Of a stretch of DNA of 64,000 bases, positions 39,901 through 53,495 are shown one piece after another. The DNA lies in NCBI GenBank assembly GCA_030141605.1, contig JAQGDQ010002367.1:62001-126000 (forward strand). Reading direction: 5' to 3'. The position numbers and the translations under genes were made by a program. The notes beneath the pieces were generated by a model. That model made no database searches, was not told the DNA's origin, and worked only from the letters and a program-made list of their open reading frames with translations. Every line of letters starts with the position of its first letter. Position 1 is the stretch's first letter. This stretch comes from Tubiluchus corallicola. Its lineage: Eukaryota; Animalia; Priapulida.

Positions 39901-40134
39901 GGTACGTCACATTTTTACTGTTGTGAATAAATTTATAAATCGGCAATTTGGTAGTAAATTAATGGAGTTATCAGCTGAATTAGATTCAGTTGATAAATCT
40001 CATGCCTCCCTGATTTTCATAAGATAAATTTATTGGTTGACAGAGAAACTCACCCAGCTGATAAGTACGGATTTAATGCGATGCAAATTATTGTACATTT
40101 TAGAGAAATACAGGTGTGTCTTGTATAGAAAATT

Positions 40135-41275
40135 GTAGGAACACAGATGTCTTGTTTAAGCGAAGACACTATTGTCTCGTATAGCCACATGCAGAGTTAC
40201 AGTTAATTAACGGAAGGTCGGTAGTATGCAGATGTCGTATAGAGGTGACTTTATGATTGTCACCAAGGTCTGTGCTCGGAGACATTGGAAGAGAGAAATC
40301 TGAAGATTTGCCGACGACGGAAAGAGATCTCACGGAGCGAAAGAATTCGAAGAAACACCTTGCTGATCGTAAAGTCAGAAATCGCATGGCGGGTGGTGTC
40401 ACCTGCCACAGGTGTTGCCATATGGTGCAATATTTAGCAAGGTCAGCTCTCCGAGTTATAAACTCTAAGTTTTAGACTAGCGACACACACACACACGAGG
40501 AGCGACGTGAGTTACACACACCCACGCACATCGAGGAGGAGAGTCTGACAGTGTGTCCGAGACAGCCTTCTAGAAGAGAAGAACATCATTTGACACCAGC
40601 GTAGAGGAGTCTGCGTTCTCAGCAATAGACTGGGCACTGGATCAACAAAAGTCTCGTTAAGCTATTTGGAGTTGACCAAGTGTAAGGGTACATTGGTCAA
40701 TCCGCAAGTTAAGTGTACTTTCACATTTCTGTAGTTTCACATTGTATTAAGCACCATAAGTGCAGCATACTGAATCGTTGTCAAGTAAAGTGAATGAGCA
40801 TCTTCTCTGGAGCTATACACTAATTGTAAGCGCTCACCAGCGTATAGGGATAAATCTTGTAAAGCAAACCAGGTTAGATAACGTGTATTCTGTAATTGAA
40901 TAAATTCAATTCACTGTGGTAACGTCGATAACAAGTTCTTGTATGATTAAGAGCGTTCAAAGTAAAGCAACACTAAATCCTAGAAAACTCATTTGCGGGA
41001 GCTACGCTCGATAACTTGAGGGAAGAAGACCTCCACTCACAACGCAAGGTCAAAGTGACAGTCTTGAAGGACAGTATCATTGCCTGATAGACTTAACTAA
41101 AGCCCTCGGAGTCAGGTGACAGAATCACCTTATAGCGAACTGGAAGCGAATCTGTAAAATCTAAATTAATCAATATACAATCTATACAATCTATAGATTC
41201 AATTCATGATCACTCGATACGGCTAGATAAAACTATACGATCAATCTATCGAGAAAAAGGGGTCGTGATATTACA
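40135..41275 (-). mobile_element. Putative 3' LTR of the 41.3-43.6 kb Gypsy element (left boundary uncertain)
   Basis: TG start directly after the PPT; non-coding and GC-richer than the flank; far end not defined. Confidence 0.45.
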
Positions 41276-43620
41276 CCTCCTTAGCTCAGCATCTCAGCAA
41301 CAGGAGTGCAGAGGTTACCTCTTTCATCAACTGCATCCAAAAGTGACTGCAGATCTTTCTCAGGCCTGTATATCGCCTGTCAAACAGAAGATGGAAACAT
41401 TGATAATTTTCTTCTCTCGTGAAAACCATACCACCCTACCAGTTCTGACCACCAATAGTAAAACACGTTGCAGTTAAAGCAGACTTACTTCATTGTCTGG
41501 AATCGTCTGTGCCAGAAACCGTCTTGTTGTTATGACTGATGCAATTATTATTTTTGGATTATAGGTAGACATCCCAGACGAGGACAGTATGATTGTATTT
41601 CGCACACTGCAAAGAACGTTATTGGCATCTACATCCCAGTGTACGCTGGCAGGTAGTAGGCCTCGTATAGAGCGTATGGTTGACTCCTGTGCTCGAGTTC
41701 GAGTTGCAGTTTGGTCGGTAAAAATGTAATCTCCATAAAACGTGGTCTTGAGGCGATTACGATGCGGATAGGTGTAGAGAGGAGGTGAGGGACGCTCGCG
41801 ATCGTCCAAGGATATATCATAGAATGTCGGAGGGGTGATACAAGGTGGTGTTAGAATTAGGTCATCTTGATCCGGAATGATAAGTGAGGAAGGTGAAACT
41901 TCATGCTCAGGGTTAGGAGAGGGAGAGGCAGTAACCTGGGTTAATAACTGATTTTCTTCATTTTCTATCCCAAAATCCAACTGGTCGTAGATTATTGTCT
42001 CGCAACTTTCATCGTTGCTCAAAATCGATTTCAACTTTTGTGGACTCACGTCCATCTCTACCGACAATGAGTTTACTTCTTCTCTGGAATCATTAGTTCC
42101 GTTTCCATCTACAGTAATTGGGATAGAGCTAAGTTGTTTATTCGGAGTGGAAGTACGTGGGCGGACTGGAGAGAGGTGGGCAGTGAAAGATCGCTAGGGT
42201 TGAAGAGAGTGGGAGAGTCAAGCTGTGGTGAGAGGGCTGGAAAAGAAGGGCTGGAAGTACTGGGCATCAAGGCAGGAAAACTCGAAGCAGTATCAACTTC
42301 TTTATTACCGACCGAAGCTTGTTCTGGTGAGTAGTGAGTCTGGTGGAGGTAACCCAAAAGATAGAGACTCATTAGCCTGACTGGATTCGGTGCTGATTTC
42401 CGAAGCATCGTAGATAATTGTTACTTGCGCGTCTGCGTTAGGTTGAGTGGAATTATTTTGCGTTGCATTGTCTTGTGCATTCCAAGAGAAGCCCGTGGGT
42501 GGCGCATATTTCCAAAGCCTATTGGCATGCACAACTTTACAATTTCTGGCGCCTGGAAGTTTGATACGGTATACCACATCTGATAATCGTTTGACTACAG
42601 TATAACGTCCATCCCAATCCATTTGCAGTTTGGGTGAACGTCCAACCTTACGTTGAGGGTTGAAGAACCATACTAAATCATGTTCTTTAAAACGAGAACG
42701 TTTAGCTTTAACGTCGTGCCTTCGACGCATTGTTTCACCTGGGAAGCGCAAATTATTTCGAATAAAATGGTGAACATCATGTAGACTATCTTCTAAGTAC
42801 TTTACATGGTCAACTACATTATGACAGACAGATTCAGGAGGTCGGCCCGTTAGCAAGTCGAGAGGAAGACGTAGTTCCCGACCCATCATGGCTTTGGCTG
42901 GAGTAAACCCTGTAGCATCATGTTCTGCTGACCGATAACTTAAAAGAAATAAGGGCATTTTCACATCCCAGACGCGCTGGTGTAAACTTGCGAATTGTGC
43001 CAATTGACGGGAGATTTTAATGTACCTTTCTGAGAGGCCATTTGATTGAGGCCTTAAAGGGGTGGTACGCGTATTGACAATGTCTACATCTATTGCTATG
43101 CGCTCCATTGGAGCTCCTACCCCGTTTTCTACTTTGAGCGCGTCCCATTGGTGCCAAATAGCTTTTGATTCAGGGCTTAGAGCAGAAACTTGCGCCCATG
43201 CAGGTTTTTGGGCTGAAGTTTGCAAAAATCCCAATATTGGGGCTATGTCTCTGTCTTTGGTCTGCTCTTCAGCAAAATCAAGATTTACATCTCTTAATGT
43301 TGTGCCGATTTTATTAATTTTCGCATTTTGTTGCATTACGTTACACGGTTCTCGTTCGCTACAATGTTTGCAACTGGCTTCGCAGGGCCGACGAGAAAGC
43401 GCGTCCGCATTTCCGTGGCTTTTGCCTGCACGATATTCTATTGTGTAATCATACTGGTCTAATTTGCAAAGCCAGCGAGCTAACTGACCTTCTGGTTTAC
43501 GCAAAGTTCTCAGCCAGCGAAGAGCAGCATGGTCAGTGGGTATAACAAACTGCCGTCCGTAAAGATAGTGGTGAAAGTGATTCACAGCTTTAACCACTGC
43601 AAGAAGTTCGTTGGCATTCC
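41276..43620 (-). mobile_element. Gypsy RNaseH-integrase relic ending in a PPT; LTR-like DNA continues leftwards from 41275
   Basis: ELLAVVKAVNHFHHYLYGRQF..TDHAALRWL..GKSHGNADALSR; PQSNGLSER; HDATGFTPA; WDGRY. On the minus strand AAGGAGG is immediately followed by TGTAAT at 41275. Confidence 0.92.
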
Positions 43621-43779
43621 AGGTCAGCTGGCTTCTCACACCAGGTGTAGGCCCAAACAAGTCGTCTGGACCTACAAGAAAGGGGTGAGTCGCTGCTGAC
43701 GTGGAACCAGGGCGTGTAGAGGGCCCTACCCCTGACCCGACACAGGTGCCTCCGTAACAATATGTTAAGCAACTATTAG

Positions 43780-45490
43780 TAGCGCATCACAGGAAACGGC
43801 TTGGGTCGTCACATCCATCAATACATACCACATCACTGCACCAGTCACAGCAAAAACATTGTTCTCATGCAGAGATGATGCCAGACTACAAAATAAATCT
43901 GCTTTAAAAATACTCTGCATTTTACCACTAGTGGACAAAGCTGATGGAGTGGCCTGGTCTTCATGAGAGAAAAATTGTCAATATTCTCCAATTTGTTATT
44001 TAACGGGAGATATAAAGGCTTGGAAAAAGACAGCAGTCACTGTTCAATACAACAGATGAAAGTGGAGTTTGTGGAATGCACTCCGGCTGGTTTTTGCTTG
44101 CCTGAAATAGCACCCTTTTTACATGTGGAGGTGACACACGCAATTTTTGCATACAGCAGATGATGAGCTAAAGGATGTAAGAATGTGACAATGCATACTG
44201 TTGATACAAATGTGGTAGTGTTTGCTGTGGCTGTATTTAATAAAATGGAAATTGCTGCTGATGAGCTGTGAATTACGTCTGGAATTGGTTACAGTTTATG
44301 GTCTATACCTCTTCACGAAATAGTTGCCACGTTTAATCTGTTTACTGACATTTCAAGTCTTCTGTGCTTATATTGTGTGACTCTGTCTCTGAATTTGCTC
44401 GCAGAGGAAAGACAGCTTCAGAAACCTGAGGTAAGCGAAGCATTTATACAGAACTGACAGACATGGCAAAAGAAATTACTGGCGAATTAGTCACACTGCT
44501 AGAAATATGTATTGTGCTAAACTACGATTGTAGTACAGGGAGCATGGTAGTAAATAAAGCAAAAAGTAGTTATTTGCACAAAACGCAAGTTCTTTGGAGA
44601 ACATCCAGCACAACAGCCCTAAGGCAGCACATTAAACGCATTTGATACCAAGCCATTTGTTAGAATCAGGCATCTGACTGGGGTCGGACAAAAGAAGTTA
44701 TTGAGTGGCATTCTCTGTGGGCTTCCAGAGCGATCTGATTGGAGTTGGACAAAAGAAGCTAGTGAGTAGAAGCTTCTGTGGACCACCCTCCCAGAAACAT
44801 CAAAATCATGAGTTTATTAACTGCAGCTGTGAGAAATGGAGTAGTGGATGATGTAAGTGCACTTAGGGCTGATGCTGTAACACTAAAGCTGGGCTAAATT
44901 GTACTGCAGTGTTCGTAAGACTACTAGAGCAAACGTCATAGCGCACAACAGAAATATTTATACCCTTAGTTTATAGACATTGTTTCTGTGCATTTATTAA
45001 AGAACCGTTTTGCAATATACACGTCACTTGGTGCTATAACACGTTAAGTTATTGCAATAGGTAAGTTAGAATTCTCATTTATCGAAGTGCATAAAGAAAT
45101 TTCAGAAATTTTTAAAGTGAGTGGAAATCTTATTTTAGTTGAAAATGATGCCAAAGTATTTCACTAAACGATTCGTTTCCAAAATTGGGTATTTAAGAAT
45201 CGGAGTCATAGATGCCATCTTGGATTTCTGTCAAATGCAAAGTCGAATATTCATGATCCTTTATTTGCTGCTCTACATTAAATATTGGGGCGGAACTGTG
45301 GTTATTTAAAGAGTTTCCTCATTTTCAATAGCGAATTTGACCTCTAGGCCTCTGGCAGCCCACAAAGGTAAAATCTGATTTCTCTCTACATCTAAATTAA
45401 AACGCTGTGAATTCGCTTGTCTATGTTAGAAATGTTAGAAATTTCATAATTTTCTTAAAAAGTGCATAATTTTTATGTTTATGTGCTGTA
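43780..45490 (+). mobile_element. Academ-like DNA transposon relic (XPG/PIN-like region + Cys-rich finger, right end)
   Basis: Frameshifted motifs TVDTNVVVFAV, IPLHEI, CDSVSEFARRGKT, ALRQHIKR/YQA, DWSWTK..LWTTLPE..CSCEK..CKC..GLNCT match the DTDV/GCD..GK/PPT..H..R/GW/CxC pattern. Ends AAAGTGCATAATTTTT...GTGCTGTA. Confidence 0.65.
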
Positions 45491-46196
45491 ATAAAACTTC
45501 TTTTCATTTATTCATTTCTCTGAAGATTCTCTGTAACTGTCGTGATACGGCGGTATCATCCCGCCAACAAAACCTGATTGTTAGTACGTCGTCGTCGTCA
45601 TCAAGACGTTAACAGCATCATCAACTCACGTTATATAATTCATTTCAAAGTTTTGATTTAAAATGACACCATCGAAAATAATTATAATTTAGGAACCAAA
45701 GATACAAATGTTTCTAGAATAATATCAGGGAAAATGATAAGTTACATTATAGCCTAATGTCGAATATTTGATAGTGAGATATTCCCACTCAATTATTTAA
45801 CATTCGTTAGATTCTCGCTTGCAACAGCAGTACTGTACGAAGCAAAACTTTACAAAGATTATTATTAATTTTAGTCGTGAATTAAGACTAAATCACTATA
45901 TAGAGTCATTTTCGTAGCAGATTTGCTGCTTTAGTGCCTACAGTGGTTAACATGCTAGTGGGCTCTACCTTTATATAAATTATTCCAAGATATATAATAA
46001 ACTTCGTACTTTTATATGATTGAAGACATACAAACCGTCTACACAAGATGACAAGCAGGTGCTTCTTGCTTCGTTTTTACATGATTAAGTGTTTCACATG
46101 CGCGCACATTTCTGCCACCAATTTGACGATCCATACTGCGCTGTGGATTGTATCATGGAGCAAGTGAGATCTGCCATGCATTCATAATGCGCATGC

Positions 46197-46389
<193 letters not shown>

Positions 46390-48456
46390 ATTATTCATTT
46401 ATTTTTTTATTTAAAAACAAATATATACAAATGCAGGGATTTGGTTTAAATACCTACATGTAAATAAAATTCGCATATATTAACACATCACAGATATACA
46501 GTTACACATGCATGTTACACAGAAGCACGCGGCAATAATTTAAAAGTAACAATCCTGACTGACATAAACGACATTAATACAGACAACAATTTTAATGTTG
46601 TTTATACAATTTTATAGGCATAATTTGTTAAACGGAAATTTCAATACATAGCTACAGAATTACATGGAGAATAGATTGCCAGAAGCCAAACACAGACACA
46701 TGAATCAATCAATAATTTAAATTGAACAAACCTTACATACACAATTAGGTCAGATATCAAATTCATTTCATTTGTAAAAGACGGGTATTTCATAAGACGA
46801 CACTACATTTCACAGATACCGAATTTTAGATCTACAGATAGACTATAGATAACATATTAGATATTTCACTGATGTAATGACAAAATAGTTTTAAGCTTGT
46901 ATTTATATTATAAAGGTGACGCTTGAGTCAATTTAATTTAACAAAGCTGACTAACGTACAAGGACTACAACATTAACACAAGTCGTAATTTCAATTACCA
47001 GGTCAGAGATGAGATGAAATTGTCAGTAGTTAAGTTAGCAAAAACAGCAACAGAATTATTATTTCTACTAGAAAAAACATAATCTGCGTCTAAAATTGGC
47101 AAAGAGTTGATAAAATCATTTCTTAATCTTTGATCAAATAACTTGCAATCAAATAGCAGGTAAGGAATAATTTGAAGACTCTTTACAATTACATAAGTTG
47201 TCAGGACAAAATCAAGTTTAAAGTAAAGCATTTTTAAAATTTCCTAGCTTAAGTTACACACTTAGTGCTGATACTTCTAGCCGCCTTTTTTTCACTGCAA
47301 CTGAGATCTTAATTGGTGTATTGAAGATTCGTTCAGGGCTTACACCAGTATTCGTACATTGATACTTGTGGCGACATCTATGACTAGTCGACATAAGTAC
47401 ATTACAATTTAACTATATTACCGTAGAATCCATAGATGATGGCAAAGAGGCTAAGTTAGCATTACGCGAATTGTACTCTTTGCATTCTCCAGTTATCGCT
47501 AATAACTGACGAGCGAGGACCGCTATTTAGCACATATAACATTTTCACTACAAATTTTGCAGCAACACCCATTAAAGATAATATCAAGAGATGGCTATCC
47601 GCAAATTAATTCTAATTTGTCACAAGAGGGATAAAAATTGCAGCCCGTCTCTGTTTTCATGGCGTGTATGATATCCTCGAAATAGCTGTGTCAGCGCACC
47701 ATCAACGCTGGTACACTGTATAAAATTAAGGGGTGCACTAGGGTTTTGAATAGTACTAGAATAGTACGAAGACAAAGATTATTATAAAGAACATATTTTT
47801 GTTTTATTGATATCCAACTATTCCAACCTTTTTCTTTACGCTATTTATTTGTTGCTAAAAAGACAGTTATTTGTGGTGATGCTTATTTATAGTGACACCT
47901 AGGACTTTACTGCTCCGTACATAATTTATGTTCTAGTTCCGGTCGCCAAGTTGGTATCTTGATTATTATTCCTGAGAGGTATCACTTCGGTTTTACCATG
48001 TGCGTAAGGATAAATTGGTGACACTTTCTATATCAGTCCTGTATGTCACAACATAACTGCGCTAATTGTATTACATTATTGTTAAATTTTCTGGAGGCGA
48101 GGATTGTGCCATCGTCTGCATATTTAAAAGTGTATCCACACCTGGGTTGACAAAAATTCTTTATACATGTTCGATACATTAAATAAAAAAAGCAAAGGTG
48201 AAATAACTAAGCCACGAAGCACCCTTATCTTGCAATCATAGTCGTATGAAGTATAATCACCCAATTTAATGTACACCTTTCTCTTAAAAGGAAATAATGG
48301 ATTAATCTAAGTATTCGCCTAAGATTACGACAGCATGAAGCCGGAAAACAAGACTGTCTAATCAAACACTATCAAAAGCACGTTGGAAGTCACAATAGAT
48401 AGCAAGAGAGGGAATTTTGTTTAACTGATTTTCTTGGATAGTAGATATTAATCGTA

Positions 48457-49605
48457 TGTGACGTCCGTGACGTCAGTCTGGAATATAAGAACTACCGACC
48501 AGCATTGCAACCCCTTCTAATATAGTATTCTAGTATGATTTTGTGTATGTCCCTTACTTAGGCTGCATTAATAGCTTAATTTAGCTAATTGCTTATGTTA
48601 ATTAAATGAGTCATTAGTTAATTACTCATTAAGCGAATTTATCTACTACAATAAAGCAAGTTGTGACTGTAAATATATGGGCATGCACCTAGTTAGCTCT
48701 GGGAAGGCTCCCACCTCATACCTGTCCTAGATCTCCTTTACAAGAAAGTAAGTGATTGGTCATACGCTCAACTGAACAGGCTATCTGGCAAATGAACCGT
48801 CGTGTTAAAGGACAAGGTCATCCAGTTTTACCTGTTCTAGAAATTGAAACCAGGTTCAACACAGTATGGCGAATGTGCTAGGCCAGTGAAGTCGTCGAAT
48901 ATGGCTTCCGACGAACATTTATTAACAATCGAAGTCAAGACTTAATTACTGTGGTGACAGAAAGTAATTAAAGGGCACTGACACACCAAAGGATTAGGTG
49001 TTCGAGCCGTGAGGCGAAAACATCAATAAACTGGCTATTATTCGTTATTTGACGTACTGCTGTAAACGGAAATTCAGGAGATCTGGTGCAGAAACAACCA
49101 GGCGATGACCAGACGTTGTATCAATGGTGGTTCCACGAGCTCCGCGGGTCAGGACTCCACTGCACTCCACTAGGATGGGAGAAGTAACCACTTACGACTT
49201 CGGTACACCTGACAAGCGGCCACGTAAGATTCCACCCCCTGCTGAGCTTTGGAAGAGTAACTACTCAAGATTCCACAAAGTTCGCATAACCGGTTAGTCA
49301 CGTTATTCCAGCTTCCAGAGTGATGGAGATCGTCAAACGTTGGAATCCGACAGCTTCCGACTGCAGTCACTATAACTGATAAGTATACTTACCGTGCATC
49401 CTTCTCCCTCACCTGGGTTGGGGCTATCGGTAATATTAAAAACTGTTTTGTTTGCTTCTATTCGGTATACATGTCTGTGAACTATGCTTAAATGGAAAGG
49501 TTCACTGAACCCACGTGTCAGCACATATCAGAAATTAGTAGAAACAAGTGTTTGTGGTGTCATAACGAAAGCGCCCTATATCACAGGTGGTACACCACAT
49601 ATCAG
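48457..49605. mobile_element. LTR-like insertion (1149 bp) within the LINE RT
   Basis: Flanked by ATCGTA direct repeats (48451-48456, 49606-49611); begins TGTG, has CACA 6 nt from the right end; removing it restores RYLVRLISTIQ. Confidence 0.75.
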
Positions 49606-50018
49606 ATCGTACTAGGTAGCGCCCGAATTATGCCCTGGTAAGAACTCTTCCTGTTCTTTGTCTATGAGCCCATTATCAAACATAAACTTTTTTAAACGGT
49701 TTGTAATCAGCAGTTCTGCCAACTTGCCAAAGTACGATGATACTGGTCTAAAGTTCCATGGGTCAGTATAGGATTATAATCTTTTTTAGTAAAAATTAAT
49801 TTAGAGTAGAGCCATATCCAAGTACCTTACTTTATGCAAACAGTTGCAAACTGACTTTTCTCTGATTAATTACTTTAATGTGCAATTAAATCTAAAATCT
49901 TCCATCACAAGGCTGTTTTTAACTATGTATTTTTCTATCTATTTTTACCTATCTCCTATGCTGAACTTTTAATGTTTTTTATTTTTTCTTCTTTTATCCG
50001 CACACGCAGAGTGCTTAT

Positions 50019-50408
50019 TGTTGTAGAGATCCATTAGAATTGAATAGAAAACTGTAGAATGTTATATAGTATAGTAGAACAATCTTTTTACCTAGTAGAA
50101 GCAATCGTAGATTCGAGAACTTTCTATACGGCTAATACGCGATGCACGTAGTAGTTTCTAGATTGTTCTGGTGTTGTCCATTTGCACTGATATATAAGGT
50201 GGAGCTGGCCGCTCAAGTTTATTCTCACATTCTCAGATTAATCTCAGATTCTCAGCTTATCATATGCTATTTTCCTATCACTTGACTGTATATATTTTGC
50301 GTTCCTTCATACTTTGTGTTGTGGAATTCTCACACAGTAAACCTGTATAATTTGACAACATGTTTTCTTGTTTTCTCTGCGAGCCTTCCGAGAGAAAGAA
50401 ACACAACA
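50019..50408 (+). mobile_element. Solo LTR (390 bp)
   Basis: TGTTG...CAACA inverted termini, TATATAA at ~50191, AGTAAA at ~50336, flanks CTTAT/ATTAT (5-bp TSD with one mismatch). Confidence 0.8.
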
Positions 50409-51762
50409 ATTATTCTCACTTTTTAAGCATCTGCTCTACACACTTTATTTTTTAAATTTTGATACGGTTTATGCCTAGTTCAATATGCATATAACAATTA
50501 TGTTAACCCAATAAAGTGTAAAGCTATAAACCCAGTAGATAGGTAGAAATCTTAACTGCTGCACAGAAATGGTGGGCATATTGGGAAGATGTGAGTGACA
50601 GTTAGAGAAGCTTGTCACATACGTATAACCCAACATAGACAAAAAGAATTTTAACTCCTCCCACAGAAAGGGACAGAAGAAAGATCCAAGACAATAGTTA
50701 CAGTAGAAGAAAGTGTGACTCGTCAACTATTGACAATCCAACATTAACAAAATCGTTTAGCTTAAACAATACTTTTATTTGATAAGAAACATTACAATCA
50801 TCAGTACATTTATAATGAAAAAACAATGGGCAATTAATCAAATGCTGATTGGCTAACAGGTATAACCTATACAAAAGTCCTTCACTGAGTAATTACGTCA
50901 TTTATAAGTTTAATAGGCATATGATTACAAGAACTACTCGTTATACATAAACTAACTAACTCTTTGAGTATAATTAATTTGCCCAGTATGGTAGAATTCA
51001 GAGATTTTAATGAACTATTGTTTTAATAGTTGGTATAAATAGGGTAAAACAAAATCATTTTGCCCCCCCCCCTTCTCCCAAATGTCCGTCCAGGATTCAA
51101 GTAATTGCAATTATAGTGTTTGAAGACGGCAATTTTTGACTCTCTAAATGTCAAGTTTGTATATCAGGCGAAAAGTGACAATTATTGCGCAGTAGGCTGC
51201 AAAGATCATTCCATCTTCGATCGGGAGATAATCCAGGATGGTGAATGTAGTAGGAGAACTAGCCAGCTCAATGCGAGAAATTACTGTGACCTGTAAACTG
51301 TTGACAATCCAACATTAAAAAATGTTTTACCACTTCCTGAGAGAGAGCAGATCCAGGATTCTAATAACTGAAAATATGAAGGGATGAAGCAGGAACTGTC
51401 CAGCAAAATATTAACTCTAGGTATTATGTGATAAGTGTCAACTTTTGGGTGAAGATCTGTAATGACAATTAAATTATGGTTTTTTAATAAAAGTTGTGTT
51501 GTTTTAATAAATATATACATTTTAAGATATTCAGTAAAATTACACACTTTGTTATAAATGACGTTATAACGTTAAATCATTGAAAAGCATATAAGCATAT
51601 TACTACGTAGATTATAAATTCACCTGTTAAACTGCCAGGGCTGGGTCCCCTGTACTCAAAGATGTTGGAAACCATATCTGTGCCCGAACCGCTAAGAAAT
51701 TGGATGCGCCTGTCAGGTAGTCAAATCCTGTAAGACAGTGAAATCCACCCAGCAAAAACAAC

Positions 51763-51855
51763 ATGGCGCTGTATGGTGATGATGGTGTTTACAGCGAAAC
51801 CGTGCAAACATTAGCTAGATCTTTAACAGCCATAAAAGACGTGGAATGGGGAAAG
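51763..51855 (+). CDS. PI4KA: Phosphatidylinositol 4-kinase alpha, exon 1
   Basis: AACATGGCG start; MALYGDDGVYSETVQTLARSLTAIKDVEWGK resembles the PI4KA N-terminus (FYFNTVLSLARSLA...LEK); donor AAG|GTATTT, phase 0. Confidence 0.88.
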
Positions 51856-52029
51856 GTATTTATTGTGTGGGAGTGTTTGCAGCAAATTATTTTAAATAGA
51901 GGGAACGCAAAACGTCAATCAATTAGTGGAAGGGCAGCTCACGATGGCTAATCACTTTAATTGACTGGCTATTCCACTTACTGGCGACCATCAACTTCTA
52001 AATGGCAATGTAATCGGTGGCGATGGTAA

Positions 52030-53495
52030 CTGAGACTATAAGGTTGGACTTGTTTGTGTTGTGTCACTCAGGCTTCTTCAAGAACTCCTCCAAGTGGCTC
52101 TTGAAAGCGTTTACACTGGTAGATTTCGCTGCTTCCTCCGTTAACTGGTTCCAGACATTAATAATCTTTTGGCTAAAATTGCATTTCCTAAGATCAAGTC
52201 TAGACGCTCTCTTCACTAATCTTTAGAGTGACCTCTTGTTCTACTGTCATCACTTACAGTTAAAAAAGTCGTTACATTCCAGACTTTCGAATCCATCCAC
52301 AATTCTAAAAATTTCAGCCAGATTCTGCTTTGAGTTGACGGTGTTCTAGGGGCATCAATCTGCATCTTTTCCTCTTCTGTTCATATGTTAACTCTTGCAA
52401 AACTAGGACACTCAATCAACTTTATAGCTCTCTTCTATACACCTTTAAGCAACCTAATATCTTTCACCGTATTGGGTCTCCATGCCTGCATGCAAGTGTG
52501 GTATAACAAAACTTTTGCACAGTTTCACAATTACATCTTTGTCTGTGTTACTAAAAGACATTTTTATTATGCCCAAGTTTCTGTTAGCCTTCCTGACTGC
52601 TTCCGCATATTAACTGCACGACGTTTATTAACAACCAAACGTTGTCTTCCTCCATACAACCACTGCTCAATCCATTTCAGCACCCATCAATCAATACTTG
52701 ACATTTTCAATTTCAACAGCAGATGTTTGTGGGACCCTTATCAAATGACTTGAGAAAATCTAAATGAATAGCGTCAACTGGTTTACCATTATCAACTACC
52801 TGAGCAACTTTTTCCAAAAAATACAATATAATAATAAGACATGGTCAACCCTTGATAAAACTATGCTGAGAACCCCTAATAAGATTGTTATTTTCCAAGT
52901 GCTCAGTGATGTGCTCTTTTATAATAGATTCCATCACCTTATTAACAAGGGATGTTAAGCTGACAGGTCTATAATTCTTCACAAATTGCTTTTTTCCCTT
53001 TTAAACAGAGGTGTAACATTGGCCAGTCTCCAATCATCAGGTACATTTGCCTCACAAAATGATTTGCTGAACAAATAACTAAGAGGTTTTTGCTAAAATC
53101 GATGCCATCTCCTTCAAAATAGCTGGATTTATTTCATCTGTGCCTGAAGCGTTTTCTGGTTTCAATTTACTTAAGTCCCTTCAACAATCTCAGGAGTATA
53201 ATCAGTGGACTTTAATTTAGTTTCTTCACTGCCTGTAAATATTTGCCTAGGAGTAGGAAAGTTATTGCAGTCCTCATACATAAACACAGATAAAAAATAC
53301 TCATTTAACATGGTTTAAGCTTGTAAATCATCCTCCACAGTGCTACCATTCTCATCGACCAATGGCAAACCATATCCTTTACCTTCAGCTTATTCTTGGC
53401 CCTCTTAGCTATTCTTCTTTCGTATTTTTTTCTAGCTTCTCTGATTTCTTCAGTCAATTTATTTCTTGCTCTTCTGTATGTCTTAAAGGACAAGA
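52030..53495 (-). mobile_element. CR1 LINE relic (5'-truncated) in PI4KA intron 1
   Basis: Minus strand ASGTDEINP, PDDWRLANVTPLFK, NYRPVSL, TRGHS, FSQKIINVWNQL: diagnostic CR1 ORF2 motifs. Confidence 0.88.

Larger units (their letters stand above)
46400..50460 (-). mobile_element. Non-LTR retrotransposon relic split by later insertions
   Basis: Minus strand DPWNFRPV (~49745-49765), QEEFLPGHNS, RYLVR/LISTIQ, CDFQRAFDSV (~48368-48395), VISPLLF, FKYADDGT (~48107-48130), C-terminal YLLFDCKLF. Confidence 0.8.

Noticed and set aside
51624-51760. SNAP29 as the divergent partner of PI4KA (human arrangement)
   Set aside because: No SNAP29-like N-terminus (NPF motif) or SNARE heptads seen on the minus strand.
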